This document shows positions 45,222-56,371 of a stretch of 63,340 nucleotides of DNA, piece after piece; position 1 is the stretch's first letter, and each line of letters opens with the position of its first letter. The stretch comes from Nitrosopumilaceae archaeon (GTDB lineage: Archaea; Thermoproteota; Nitrososphaeria; Nitrososphaerales; Nitrosopumilaceae), in contig CBDATR010000031.1 in NCBI GenBank assembly GCA_965200155.1, positions 1 through 63,340 of the forward strand, read 5' to 3'. Below the pieces are notes generated by a model, which saw only the letters and a list, made by a program, of their open reading frames with translations, was not told where the DNA came from and made no database searches. The position numbers and the translations under genes are program-made.

Positions 45222-46313
45222 ATGGTGGCATCAGGTCACACGCAATTTACCATGAGTAATAATAGAATTGAGGATTTACTACTTGACGCAGTACGAGATA
45301 TGTTTTTGGAAAACAACGTTGACAACAGCGATATAGACTGTGTATTGGTATCCACTAATGATACCAAAAGGTATCTGGGCGCCATACTCTCTGAGCTGGC
45401 GGGCATTAGGCCGCGCATATCCAACACCATAGAGAGTATGTGCAGTTCCGGAGGAAGCGCCCTTGTATCTGCATACTCATACATACGATCGGGACTTGCA
45501 AAGATGGTCCTGGTAGTGGGCGCGGAGGTGATGGGCAGTCCCGGTAGTATATTAGAGTGGGACATATCACGCGGCCAGTTTCGTAGTCCCGTATATTGGG
45601 GATCCATAATGAGTAAAGCATACAAACGCCAGTATCATGTATCGCCGGAGAAGATAGCCGCAGTAGCTGCCAAGAACCGCACTATAGCACAGGATAACCG
45701 GTACGCAATTGATGGCAACAGATACACTATACCAGACATACTACAATCTAGGGTAATAACTGAGGATCTACGACTTTTGGAGTGTTCACGTACATGCGCC
45801 GGTTCTGCCGCGGTCCTACTAACAGCGGAGGACATGTATCGCGATATAACAGACACACCCGTGTGGATAGAGGGGATCTCATCGTATACTATGCGAGCTG
45901 GATTTAGTTCATCTAATAATTACTACTCATTGCCTGCCGCACACCATGCCGCTAGCGAGGCATATAGGATGGCCGATGTAGAACCCAGAGACATAGATGT
46001 TGCAGAGGTACACGATGCATTTGCCGTCTGCGAGCCCATGGCGATAGAGTCACTGGGCATAACCGCTGCCGGAAAGGGAGCACAAATGTGCTACGATCTG
46101 TATGGTAATGGTAGTCACCGCATAAATCCTCGAGGAGGCATTCTGGGAGCAGGTCATGCTTTGGGCGCCACCGGAGTTGCCCAAGCCACAGAGATACTGC
46201 TACAGCTCCAGAACAAGGCAGGAAGTAGACAAGTGGACAACCCCACCATCGGCCTAACTCATGGAATGTCTGCAGCAGGAACAACATCAGTGGTAATGGT
46301 GGTGCAATCATGA
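45222..46313 (+). CDS. thiolase-family protein (archaeal acetyl-CoA acetyltransferase)
   Basis: ESMCSSG, EVHDAF, NPRGG, GHALGATG. Confidence 0.9.
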   Translation: MVASGHTQFTMSNNRIEDLLLDAVRDMFLENNVDNSDIDCVLVSTNDTKRYLGAILSELAGIRPRISNTIESMCSSGGSALVSAYSYIRSGLAKMVLVVGAEVMGSPGSILEWDISRGQFRSPVYWGSIMSKAYKRQYHVSPEKIAAVAAKNRTIAQDNRYAIDGNRYTIPDILQSRVITEDLRLLECSRTCAGSAAVLLTAEDMYRDITDTPVWIEGISSYTMRAGFSSSNNYYSLPAAHHAASEAYRMADVEPRDIDVAEVHDAFAVCEPMAIESLGITAAGKGAQMCYDLYGNGSHRINPRGGILGAGHALGATGVAQATEILLQLQNKAGSRQVDNPTIGLTHGMSAAGTTSVVMVVQS

Positions 46314-46630
46314 CGTATGAGCAGAATCTCAGACTTGGTACGTTCTGCATGGTATGGTGCAATACATGTAAAGATATGGTATGGCCACCATCCAGATACT
46401 GTAGTGTATGTATGAGTAATACTGTTACAGTACCGTGTCGTGACAAGGGAACTTTGGTGGAGTTCTCGATTCGTGAACACATAAAGTTTGGCATATGCCG
46501 CTTTGGCAAGATGAGCATTATGGGCGAAATAACGTCCAAATCCTGTTTTGTTGGCATGAGTGTAGTTGTGTCACGATGCGGCATAAACGAGGCCGGACCG
46601 TTCTATGAATTCAAAGACGCCAGTATGTGA
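46310..46630 (+). CDS. DUF35 zinc-ribbon/OB-fold protein
   Basis: CNTC...WPP..YCSVC; directly follows the thiolase. Confidence 0.8.
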   Translation: MTYEQNLRLGTFCMVWCNTCKDMVWPPSRYCSVCMSNTVTVPCRDKGTLVEFSIREHIKFGICRFGKMSIMGEITSKSCFVGMSVVVSRCGINEAGPFYEFKDASM

Positions 46631-46636
46631 TAAAAA

Positions 46637-47443
46637 CTACATCGTGACGCACATGTAAGGAGTCTCGAAATTCTGATCAAATGTCCACACCGTAGGCAGA
46701 TCCATAGTCCACTGGACCCTCAGATGAAATTTATCTATGATAGGACCCCACCCGTACAAGGAATCTGTCGTGTCCATCATCTTCCTAGGGTGGCTACCCG
46801 CCAAAATTATCCCATACTTTACATGTGAGCGGCTCAGGATTCGCAGTATATCCATGGCAAGAACATCTCCCATTTGAGGAAGACCGCCGGTGAAGAGGAC
46901 GGGGTTGTCATATCCCAAAGATGCATAGTCAAAGTGAGCGGCATCTGTACACCTTATGTCCAGTGACACACCCATGTGATCTGCCAATATCCGTTGTAGT
47001 TCTACCAAGTTTGGATCTACATCAATGGAGCACGCATTCATGTTCAATATTTTGGCGCAGAAAGAGATTCGCCCATCACCGGATCCTATGTCAATTACCT
47101 GCGAATAACCCATTTGTTGTAATCTGAGGACCAGAATGTATGCAGACAGCACCCATGTGGGGTAAAAGGGTTGTGTGCTACCCGGGTTCTTTATGCTATC
47201 CAGCCAGTACTGATTAATATCCCCCTCATATACAGTACAGTGGACGCCGGATATAGATTGTGTGTATGTATCATGATATATTGGATTGGAATTGCAGAGT
47301 TTATGTAGAATCCCAATATGTTTCCGGTTCAATCCGCCCCAATCTTGTTGCGGAATAATTTCCTGTATGTGAGATCCACCATCATATTCATGATAAAAGG
47401 TACGTTTTAGGTGACAAAAATTTTGTGCGATCTGGGAAAACAT
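46637..47443 (-). CDS. SAM-dependent methyltransferase-like protein
   Basis: VIDIGSGDG, SIDVD, CTDA. Confidence 0.7.
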   Translation of the reverse strand: MFSQIAQNFCHLKRTFYHEYDGGSHIQEIIPQQDWGGLNRKHIGILHKLCNSNPIYHDTYTQSISGVHCTVYEGDINQYWLDSIKNPGSTQPFYPTWVLSAYILVLRLQQMGYSQVIDIGSGDGRISFCAKILNMNACSIDVDPNLVELQRILADHMGVSLDIRCTDAAHFDYASLGYDNPVLFTGGLPQMGDVLAMDILRILSRSHVKYGIILAGSHPRKMMDTTDSLYGWGPIIDKFHLRVQWTMDLPTVWTFDQNFETPYMCVTM

Positions 47444-47846
47444 ACAAGAAAATATTACAGGCTGTGAATATTATACATATTGGTTGTAAAATTTGTCCGG
47501 CATAGACGCTCGAGTCTTTGGTATGAACTCACATTCCCCACTCACATAACTAATCATTCGCGTCCTGTCTTGTATAAAAATAGACATTACAGATATTGTG
47601 CTGGAGCGACGGAGCACTGTTAGGGCAACAGTGGCTATTCTGGGAGTCCGTGTAAGCATATTTGCGGGGACGCATTCAAGATTATAACTAGAATTAGCAC
47701 CACATTATGCAGTTGTGCATGGACGTACGTACCAAATGTCAATATTATTACAGAATAATCTGAACCGCTACTTCCAAAAATATGCGAATTCGTATTTACG
47801 CCAGAATCATGTATTTATTTTTTATAGATAAACACTTCACAGCCAG

Positions 47847-49121
47847 CTAGTGATTAGGATTGTATCTAAGAATTGCGCCGATCTTGCCCAAGCTACCCAG
47901 CATCGAACCATGCTCAGTCTTTCCTGATACAACCTCCAAGGCAGTACCCACTTTAGAAGATAACAGGTGGAGATAGTCCACCAAATCCTGCTCCATAACT
48001 TCTGCATCCATAGAGTCACACGAAGGACACGGTTCGGATTCGTAGGAGCTCTTTGTAGATATAACGTTGGGTCGCTCAGTTATAAGTTCTCGTATGTGGC
48101 CACACCGCCTACACTTACCAGCAACATAATGTAAATTTGTGTCATCAGTTATTATTACTGTCTGGGCCACATTATTTTTTATGTAGTTTGTGACCTCGCT
48201 TAATCCGTACGCGCCAAGACCGGAGGAGTTGTTTATCTCACGAAACAGGCGCTCCACCAATTTCTTTTCTTCCACCATTCTAAAGTCAGATAGTATATCG
48301 GTAGACTTTGAAAATGCTTCACGTATACCCTCAGCGCCGGAATATGAGGAATCAATGGTGGATATTATGTTATTCTGAAGCCTATACTCCAGATAGCCTC
48401 CGTTAATAAATTCGTCCTTGGTGGGACCGGGACCAGATACTATGAGCCCCCGGACTTGATGTATGTCAAGAAACAATTCTCTGGTGATCTTGGCCACACG
48501 ATTAAAGTAGTATGTAAGCTCCATCTCCCGGAGTTTTTGGAACCGTTTGGCTGACTGACCTCCCTGTCGATGTTTGCCTGCAACTCCAGAACCAGTATGT
48601 GATAGGACATCCAAGATGTCCCCGCGTAGCAATCCCCAACCAGCATCTTTGGTATCTATTGCCAGAAACCCAATCAGGTTATCGTCTTTAAGCATATTTT
48701 TGAGTATATCGACGTGAAAATGATCATCGCACCTATACAGATACTGTTTTAGATCCTTGGGCGGATCAATCTCATATATTTGCAAAACTTCGCTACCCAG
48801 AGGTCCACCGCCATCAGGCGGCAATACGCCGCAAAATATAGCCAGTCCGCGTTCTGGTGTCTTTTTGTACATTTTAAGACGCTGAATAACTTTGCCAAGA
48901 GAGTCGATTACATGGTTTCGTGTGAAATCAGACTTTATGTTGGATGCCGTACCTTGCTCTTCTTGTAATACACCAATAACCTCGTGGAGTTGCCTGTTTT
49001 TAGGTATGTATACTGTGATTAGTTCGGTGCCATGACCGCTTTTACGGGATAGGTCATCCAGTAGTTTACGTATTCGGTACATTTTAACCGAATTCTGCTT
49101 AGTAACAGATATCTTGCTCAT
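47847..49121 (-). CDS. prf1: archaeal peptide chain release factor aRF1
   Basis: GTELITVYIP, ASNIKS, YRCDDHF, GGQS, GAILRY. Confidence 0.95.
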   Translation of the reverse strand: MSKISVTKQNSVKMYRIRKLLDDLSRKSGHGTELITVYIPKNRQLHEVIGVLQEEQGTASNIKSDFTRNHVIDSLGKVIQRLKMYKKTPERGLAIFCGVLPPDGGGPLGSEVLQIYEIDPPKDLKQYLYRCDDHFHVDILKNMLKDDNLIGFLAIDTKDAGWGLLRGDILDVLSHTGSGVAGKHRQGGQSAKRFQKLREMELTYYFNRVAKITRELFLDIHQVRGLIVSGPGPTKDEFINGGYLEYRLQNNIISTIDSSYSGAEGIREAFSKSTDILSDFRMVEEKKLVERLFREINNSSGLGAYGLSEVTNYIKNNVAQTVIITDDTNLHYVAGKCRRCGHIRELITERPNVISTKSSYESEPCPSCDSMDAEVMEQDLVDYLHLLSSKVGTALEVVSGKTEHGSMLGSLGKIGAILRYNPNH

Positions 49122-49152
49122 GTGGAGGTTAGAATTGTCTTCAATATGAGGT

Positions 49153-49845
49153 TTATTGTAACATTTCGTCCAATATCGATTCAAATACGCTGTAGGGTTG
49201 ATTTCCAACCACCCTTACCGCTTTTTCTCCATTGTGTATTATAAACGACGGAGTGGCACTTATTCCCATATCCTGGCTACGAGTGTATTCTGCATTTATA
49301 CTGTCAGTGTGTCTGCCTGAATCCATACACTCCGTAAAGTGTGAGGTATTCAAGTTCGTGTCCAAAGCAAAGCCGTACAGTGCAGCACGAGTTATCCAGC
49401 CGGTTCTCTCACCACCCCAGTTCTCGTATAGTATATCATGGTATGACCAGAACATATTCTGCTCCTCTGCACAACGAGATGCATGTGCAGCCAAGACTGA
49501 CTCTGGCCCATTCAACGGAAAGTCGCGGAATATTATACGGAGAAGCCCCGTATCAACATACTCCTCTTTCAGCGTGTCCAGAGTGGTTTGGTGAAACCGG
49601 TAACAGTAAGTGCATTGATAGTCACCCCACTCTATCATCGTAAGCGGCGCATTTGTAGAACCCAATGAAGGTGAGCCGCCAGTTTCTAAGGATCTTATAC
49701 TGTATGGACTAGAATCATCAGACTCAATCAGATAAACTATGACTAATCCGGATACCGCACCCACCACTACAGCAACTATTACGCTTATCAGCACAAGTTT
49801 CACAAGGTCCAAGCACTTTGCAGAGATAAATTTTTTTGTAGTCAT
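49153..49845 (-). CDS. DsbA/thioredoxin-family membrane-anchored protein
   Basis: GDYQCTYC, FRDFPL, GISATPSF; real start probably ~49803. Confidence 0.88.
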   Translation of the reverse strand: MTTKKFISAKCLDLVKLVLISVIVAVVVGAVSGLVIVYLIESDDSSPYSIRSLETGGSPSLGSTNAPLTMIEWGDYQCTYCYRFHQTTLDTLKEEYVDTGLLRIIFRDFPLNGPESVLAAHASRCAEEQNMFWSYHDILYENWGGERTGWITRAALYGFALDTNLNTSHFTECMDSGRHTDSINAEYTRSQDMGISATPSFIIHNGEKAVRVVGNQPYSVFESILDEMLQ

Positions 49846-51488
49846 TCAGTAGTGCGAAAAAAGTCCGCTTAGGATCCGGCGTACAATTGCCAACCATCCT
49901 AGGCCGCACAAGCCGCGAAAGGGCGTGATAAGCCAAGGAATCAAGACAACATATCGTAAGGCAACGCAAAAAGAGGCTTAGCCGCCATGCAAATATCTCA
50001 AGACCTGAGCATCAGTTCAAGACACGTACGAAGATTGTGAGCCAGATTACAGAGAACAAGAACAACTTGTACAAGGATGGACAGGCCGATAATGCCAATT
50101 ACCGTTGCACAGATGCGAGTAGTGATCGAAGAATACAGCAGGAATACTGCTGGCGCGATACACACTGCAAAGGGACTGCGGCGCGATTACAAAATTCCAT
50201 ATCACACCATATATCACAGAAGAACGATACGGCGATATCATCCCCAGCAAAGTCAGAGTGGGTACGCTATGAACTTAAATATTCTAACACAATACGGCAC
50301 ATAAACTGTCATCTCATTAGGGATTCGCTCTACAAGGGTCCAAATCTTATCACACATCTTGATTACGCTTCCAGATGCATCACCAGAGATGTACGCCTCT
50401 CACATGCCACATCAGAAAAATGCCATTCTATTACTGAGACAAGCAATAAAGAGGTATGAGTTCACCTGTGTCTAAATTTACGCATAACTGATCGCGACAG
50501 TTAATGTGATTTGTGCATAATATTCCGGAAGACGTGAACTCATACATAAAGAGAGCCGGCGCCTCCCGTACCCATACTATCCGATAGCGACTCATGCTTC
50601 GTGGGCAAAATAGTCACAAGAAGGGCCGGAAACCCACACACCATTCTAGGAGAAACTGCCAGCACGTGACATCATACTAATCAATTCCAGACCACACCAC
50701 CCGCAAACAAATGGTAAGCTGGAGCGCTTCAACAGGTATGAGTTCACGTGTTTTGATCATATGATAAGATTGTAATTGACTTGGTACGACAATATTGCGC
50801 TTAAATACCAAGTTTGAAATAGAATCTAATGAGTAGGCATACAACACATAATAGACCTTATGCGCATGATTGACGTATGAGTTCACGTCTTCCGGAATCT
50901 TATGCACAAATCACATTAACTGTCGCGATCAGTTATGCGTAAATTTAGACACAGGTGAACTCATACTGATTGACAGCAACATCTCATGTTGCTTCAAACT
51001 GGGGTGTTTTATGGCACACAATCAGTCAAGCATGAACAATGTGAATAACATCTGCCAACACTAACGTATGCCGTGATTGTGTATGAGTTCACGTCTTCCG
51101 GAATCTTATGCACAAATCACATTAACTGTCGCGATCAGTTGTGCGTAAATTTAGACACAGGTGAACTCATACGTATGAGTTCACGTCTTCCGGAATCTTA
51201 TGCACAAATCACATTAACTGTCGCGATCAGTTATGCGTAAATTTAGACACAGGTGAACTCATACACTCATACTTCAACAGAACGATTGAGGACAAGATAT
51301 GGTACTATGACAGCCTCCGGGATTATGTGAACTACTATAATTAGCGAAGACTACACTTCTCGCTAGACATCAACAACTACGAGACACCGCTTCAGGAATA
51401 AAAAGGCGACCTAGACGATTAGTGCAAAGGATACAAAATGGATGGAGAGAGATATCAATGACTAGTGGACCAACTTTTCATACATTAC
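49841..51488 (+). mobile_element. degenerate IS481 copy with MITE-A 50454-50545 and composite 50736-51272
   Basis: SEWVRYE, PQTNGKLERFN|RTIED; MITE TSD ATAAAGAG; left boundary approximate. Confidence 0.75.
50736..51272 (+). mobile_element. composite: IS66-variant left end, IS5 right end, three MITE-A (50875-50966, 51081-51172, 51173-51264)
   Basis: Whole unit flanked by TSD TTCAACAG; inner TSDs TGATTGAC and ACTCATAC. Confidence 0.85.
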
Positions 51489-51535
51489 GCCATATGGACA
51501 AACGCCAAAAACAAATATAGCTATATTGTCACTTA

Positions 51536-52978
51536 ATGCCAACAATGACAGTAATAGATCTACGTAATTCATTGGAACCCATGACCAGATCCATTGACAA
51601 TGATGGACTCATAGTAGACTGTAACCAAAAATACGCCAGAATGATGGGGCATACACGCAACGAGATTATAGGAATGGATATGCATAATCATACGCCCGAA
51701 TCAAGCCATGCCAAACTCAATGAGATATTTGAGTTATGGAAGGATGGGCAGAGTGTTAATAATGAAATAATTTCGCTGATTACAAAACATGGCAATGTGT
51801 TTGATGTGTATCTAACCATAGAGAACGAAGTGAACCGCAAGGGCAAGGTTATACGGAGTAACAATTCCATGCTGGACTATGGAGAGGTGGCCGATTTTCA
51901 AGAATTAGTGAGAACAAACAAATACAAAAGCTTGTATGAAGAATCAAAGTTTATGTACCGTACTGTAAATATAAATGGAATAATAGTCGACTGTAACAAA
52001 ACATACCATACACGGCTGGGGTATACCAAAGCAGAGGTAATAGGACGAAGTCTGGTAAAACACACTGCCGACTCAAATGTATCAGATATCCTAATCAACA
52101 TGGCAAAATGGCGCCTTAATGCCGAATCTCAACCAATAGCAATAAGATTAAAGGCCAAAAATGGTGAGACAATTCCTGTCAAAATATCAGCCACAAATCT
52201 CCGTGATGAAAAAGGTTTACTTTTGGGTAGAAATTTTATATTGCAAGATATAACTGCCGAGGAAGAAACACAAAGAAAACTGCAGCAATATCAGGAAAAA
52301 GAAGAGGAAAAACACAAACTTACCATCAATATGATTCAGGATCTCAAGAAACATGCAACGTTAGTGATGTCTAATACTGGGGCCATATCAGACAGTCAGA
52401 TAGATTCGGCAGGGCAACAATCCGCCGTAGACACGATCAAAAAGAATTCCTTATCTTTAGATCATATCATAAACAGTTTACTAAGTAAATATGTGTTAGA
52501 TAAACAAACTGTAGAAGCCGGCAAATTTAGTATAGTAGAACTATGTGATAATGTAGCTGGCATGCTAAAAATGCAATTAGATATGAAAAAACAAGAGCTT
52601 ATTGTGCAGAGAGAGCCAGAAATTACTGTTGTGAGTGATTATGAGACACTGCAAGCTATACTCCTTAACCTAATTTACAATGCCATGTCTGTCGCTCCAG
52701 ATGATGGCAAAATATCTGTAAAGATAACACAAGATGGAGATTATGTTAAATTTTCTGTGTCGGATAATGGTGTCAGAATGCCAGAGAAAAAAGCAAAAAA
52801 ACTATTTAAAAAATCTTATTACAACCAAGATACCAAACAGACCATAAATTATGCAGATATGGCATTACTTATGTGTGACAAGTTGGCTAAGAAATTGAAT
52901 GGTCAGTTAACAATGGAAAATGAAGGGAAGGGTACAGGTAACATGATTAGTGTAACCATAAAGAATAGTGATGTATAA
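51536..52978 (+). CDS. two-PAS-domain histidine-kinase-like protein with degenerate catalytic boxes
   Basis: Two PAS repeats (IVDCN..Y...GYT..E.IG); NLIYNA N-box, VSDNG G1. Confidence 0.8.
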   Translation: MPTMTVIDLRNSLEPMTRSIDNDGLIVDCNQKYARMMGHTRNEIIGMDMHNHTPESSHAKLNEIFELWKDGQSVNNEIISLITKHGNVFDVYLTIENEVNRKGKVIRSNNSMLDYGEVADFQELVRTNKYKSLYEESKFMYRTVNINGIIVDCNKTYHTRLGYTKAEVIGRSLVKHTADSNVSDILINMAKWRLNAESQPIAIRLKAKNGETIPVKISATNLRDEKGLLLGRNFILQDITAEEETQRKLQQYQEKEEEKHKLTINMIQDLKKHATLVMSNTGAISDSQIDSAGQQSAVDTIKKNSLSLDHIINSLLSKYVLDKQTVEAGKFSIVELCDNVAGMLKMQLDMKKQELIVQREPEITVVSDYETLQAILLNLIYNAMSVAPDDGKISVKITQDGDYVKFSVSDNGVRMPEKKAKKLFKKSYYNQDTKQTINYADMALLMCDKLAKKLNGQLTMENEGKGTGNMISVTIKNSDV

Positions 52979-53096
52979 GCAGATTAGGATGAATGTTTAT
53001 AATTTGAATTTTAAACAATAGTGACAAAAAATATAAACATATCCCCTGTGGTTCCATACTTTTACTGTTAATATCTTGTATTAGTTCACATCTTCA

Positions 53097-53197
53097 GAGT
53101 TTGTTGCATAACTGACTTTGACAGAATACAGGTTCCCCCATGTCGTGATCTACGTTGCTGCCGCGTCCACCCACTCGTTGTACTTGGCTACCCTCAT
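53097..53197 (-). mobile_element. IS903-like right-end fragment
   Basis: GAGTTTGTTGCATAACTG; MRVAKYNEW C-terminal remnant. Confidence 0.5.
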
Positions 53198-54160
53198 GTA
53201 TGAGTTCACGTGTTTTGATCACATAATAAGATAGAATGCATCCCAGTTTTTTAATTATAATTGCATTCTGGCAGCAACCTCGTTCATTACAGAAAGGCCC
53301 TGAGCCCGCCATGTCTGAACACATATGGACATGCGGCGCATGGCCCTTTCACCACCCTTTATCTAGCCACTAATCTTGCGGAATACCACTGCGTATCAGA
53401 ACCGGTTACACTGCTCCGCTGGATTGTTGGTGGGCTCCACACTGTCATATTCTAGGAATACGAACATGCCTGGTATGGCCTTATTCAATCCTTTTACCTT
53501 CTTTTGCAGTTCAGTATCCTCAACATCATAATACTGATGCATCTGCTCCTGTCTCAAATGAGTGTCGTAATTGCGCGGACGGCCCGCAGCGATTCACGTG
53601 CGCTCCGGAACAATTCTTTCAAATCGTTGTCAAGTTTGATCCGGGCGTCCTGATCACCGGGATCGATATAGAATCCTGCATGTAATATACTGGTATCGCG
53701 CAATAAATGCGCCCAACACAACTGGTGCTTCCCACCGTCATCAAACCGGCGATACACAACGTACCTGTCTGTGACTATCGCGCCCTGGTAACCGTTCAGG
53801 TATTTGCCCACTACATATGAACTCCTACTTTTGTATATCATCCACTCTTCGGCCCGCATCCCCCATATCCAGCCACGCTTACCCGCCAGTGATATACCAG
53901 TTTCGTCCACATGAATGCTGGGTGATTTTATTATATTCTCATAAATTGTTTCCATAAATGATTCGCATGCATCGGCGGCCCTGGCAATTATGTTGTTTAC
54001 CTCACCCACCGATATATTCAGGCCGAAGAGATCCCTCGAAATTACAGGTATGCGCTTTATTGGAATCTTGTATGAGTTCACGTCTTCCGAATCTTATGCA
54101 CAAATCACATTAACTGTCGCGATCAGTTGTGCGTAAATTTAGACACAGGTGAACTCATAC
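53198..54160 (-). mobile_element. IS66-A right half (53198-54069) truncated by MITE-A (54070-54160)
   Basis: Right TIR and tnpC motifs. Confidence 0.9.
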
Positions 54161-54288
54161 AAATATTTCTCTTTTAATCACCCGGCGTCATCGTTTTGCT
54201 ACACGTGAATATGGAGAAAATTATCCATGTTATGAGTGATTATATATAATTCCCAATACCTAAATATACAAAGCTGATCTCAATACAT

Positions 54289-54495
54289 ATGGCGGAATTT
54301 TATTGTAAGGCTTGCGGAGTGCGACTGTACCACGAAAATGAGGCCACACTCAAAGTGGAGGTTGCCATACACAAGAAATTCTGTAGAAAAGAGCAGGGTA
54401 AATTCCATAGCTATATGCACAGGGATCCAGATCACATGGAGACGTTTGATGCAGAGAGAGCTAGCGACGCAGAAGGTAATCCCATACTAAAATAA
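54289..54495 (+). CDS. small zinc-finger-like hypothetical protein
   Basis: CKACG...H...C; TAAATATA box upstream. Confidence 0.6.
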   Translation: MAEFYCKACGVRLYHENEATLKVEVAIHKKFCRKEQGKFHSYMHRDPDHMETFDAERASDAEGNPILK

Positions 54496-55111
54496 ACCGT
54501 ATGCACAGAATCACTTCTCCCACCCTGCACGTCTAAACCAAGTTGTTAGATACGAACAATTGACCCAGTATCATGGGTTTTCACACACAGACTAGTGTGA
54601 AACAGAAAAGTTAAGACCTAATTTTGTAGTACCAGGTATGCTAAAAGCAGAAGAACTCACCAAGGAGCAGTTAGTCACAGAGTACAACCGTCTACACACC
54701 GAGTCCGAGGCCGAAGTAACAAACCTGCGTGGCAAACTTGAAGCTCAAACAAAGAATGCACTCGTTTCAAATCTTGATGACATCATAGAACGCAAGGATC
54801 AGCTTCATTCCCTGACCGGATGCACTCCGGAAGAGTTCAAATGGATACTAACCAGATTCACAGATACGTAGAGTCCCTGGAAGGCGATGATGCACGGCGA
54901 TTCATGGAGTATGAGTTCACGTCTTCCGGAATCTTATGCACAAATCACATTAACTGTCGCGATCAGTTATGCGTAAATTTAGACACAGGTGAACTCATAC
55001 TTCATGGAGCTTACAAATGGTATGAGTTCACGTCTTCCGGAATCTTATGCACAAATCACATTAACTGTCGCGATCAGTTATGCGTAAATTTAGACACAGG
55101 TGAACTCATAC
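54494..55111 (+). mobile_element. IS5 left part with MITE-A 54909-55000 and 55020-55111
   Basis: MLKAEELT start; TSD TTCATGGA. Confidence 0.88.
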
Positions 55112-56039
55112 GTCCAGGGTTACATTGCAATCTGGATTGGAGATAGAAAAGGCGTTTACTGAATCAGGTATACCCGAGGGAATATTTCAGACAGTCGTCG
55201 GTAGTGTGGACTCGGCGAATCACCTGATTGACTCGGACGTGAATGCTGTCACTTTTACTGGAAGTACAAATGCAGGGGCAAAGGTGGGCCAAAGAGCAGC
55301 CAGGAACCTGAAAAAATGTGTCCTGGAGCTGGGAGGTAGTGATCCCTTCATAGTATTAGATGATGCAATAGTAGAGAAGGCAGCCGAAGGAGCCGTAAAG
55401 GGCAGATTTATCAATTGCGGGCAGAGCTGTGTGGCATCAAAGCGGTTCTTTGTGAGTAAGAGTGTTGCCAAGGATTTCATAGAGATGTTTGTTAAAAAGA
55501 CGTCACAGTTGAGAGTTGGGGATCCTGCATCATTGGAGACAGATATTGGCTCCCTCTCAAGCAAAGATAGCCTTGATACCATTTCTGGGATTGTGGAGGA
55601 TGCAAAGGAGAAGGGAGCAGAGATACTTTTGGGAGGCTCGCAAATGGACAGGGACGGGTTCTTTTACAAGCCGACCATACTTACCAATATAGAATCAAAT
55701 ATGAGGATTACCAGTGAGGAGACCTTTGGACCTGTTGCACCCATAACTATAGTCGAGGATGAAAACGAGGCCATAAGACTTGCCAATGATATTGAGTTTG
55801 GTCTGGGTGCCAGTATATGGACAAAGAACTTACAGAAGGCAGAAAAGATATCGAGGCGCATTGAATCAGGAATAGTTAGCGTGAATAATGTGGTCGTATC
55901 AGATCCCAGAATTCCCTTTGGTGGGATAAAGCATAGTGGATTTGGGAGGGAGCTATCAAGGTATGGAATGCTGGAGTTTGTTAATATAAAATCGGTCAGA
56001 TTCTATGATGATTTGGTTCATCATCATTATGTGGAATAG
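55112..56039 (+). pseudogene. NAD(P)-dependent aldehyde (succinate-semialdehyde-type) dehydrogenase, 5'-truncated
   Basis: FTGST, LELGGSDP, CGQSCVA, EETFGP, PFGG; N-terminal part replaced by MITE-A. Confidence 0.8.
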
Positions 56040-56371
56040 TGGATAATCGTACGAGTTTACATCTTATATTTACGTGCTTAAATCACACTAATTATTGTGA
56101 TACGTCGTGTGTAAAATTAGACATATCGTATCATTAACTAGTAGCTAATACTAATTTAAAATCAGGGAGACGTGTATTTGTAGCTTTAATTAAGTTAATT
56201 GCATTTTGTACACAACACTGACCACTAATATTTACATCTATATACATACCACATATTTCCTTATGACGTATAAAATTTCTCGCTTTATGTTTCGGTTCGG
56301 TATTTATGATATACGTCCGTGCTTCTGGTGGAATTGGAAGATCTTCTTTCTTTAGTTTATTATTTTTTATT

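Noticed and set aside
44260-46630. LLM-thiolase-DUF35 cluster as a novel pathway
   Set aside because: Thiolase/DUF35 pairing is standard in archaea
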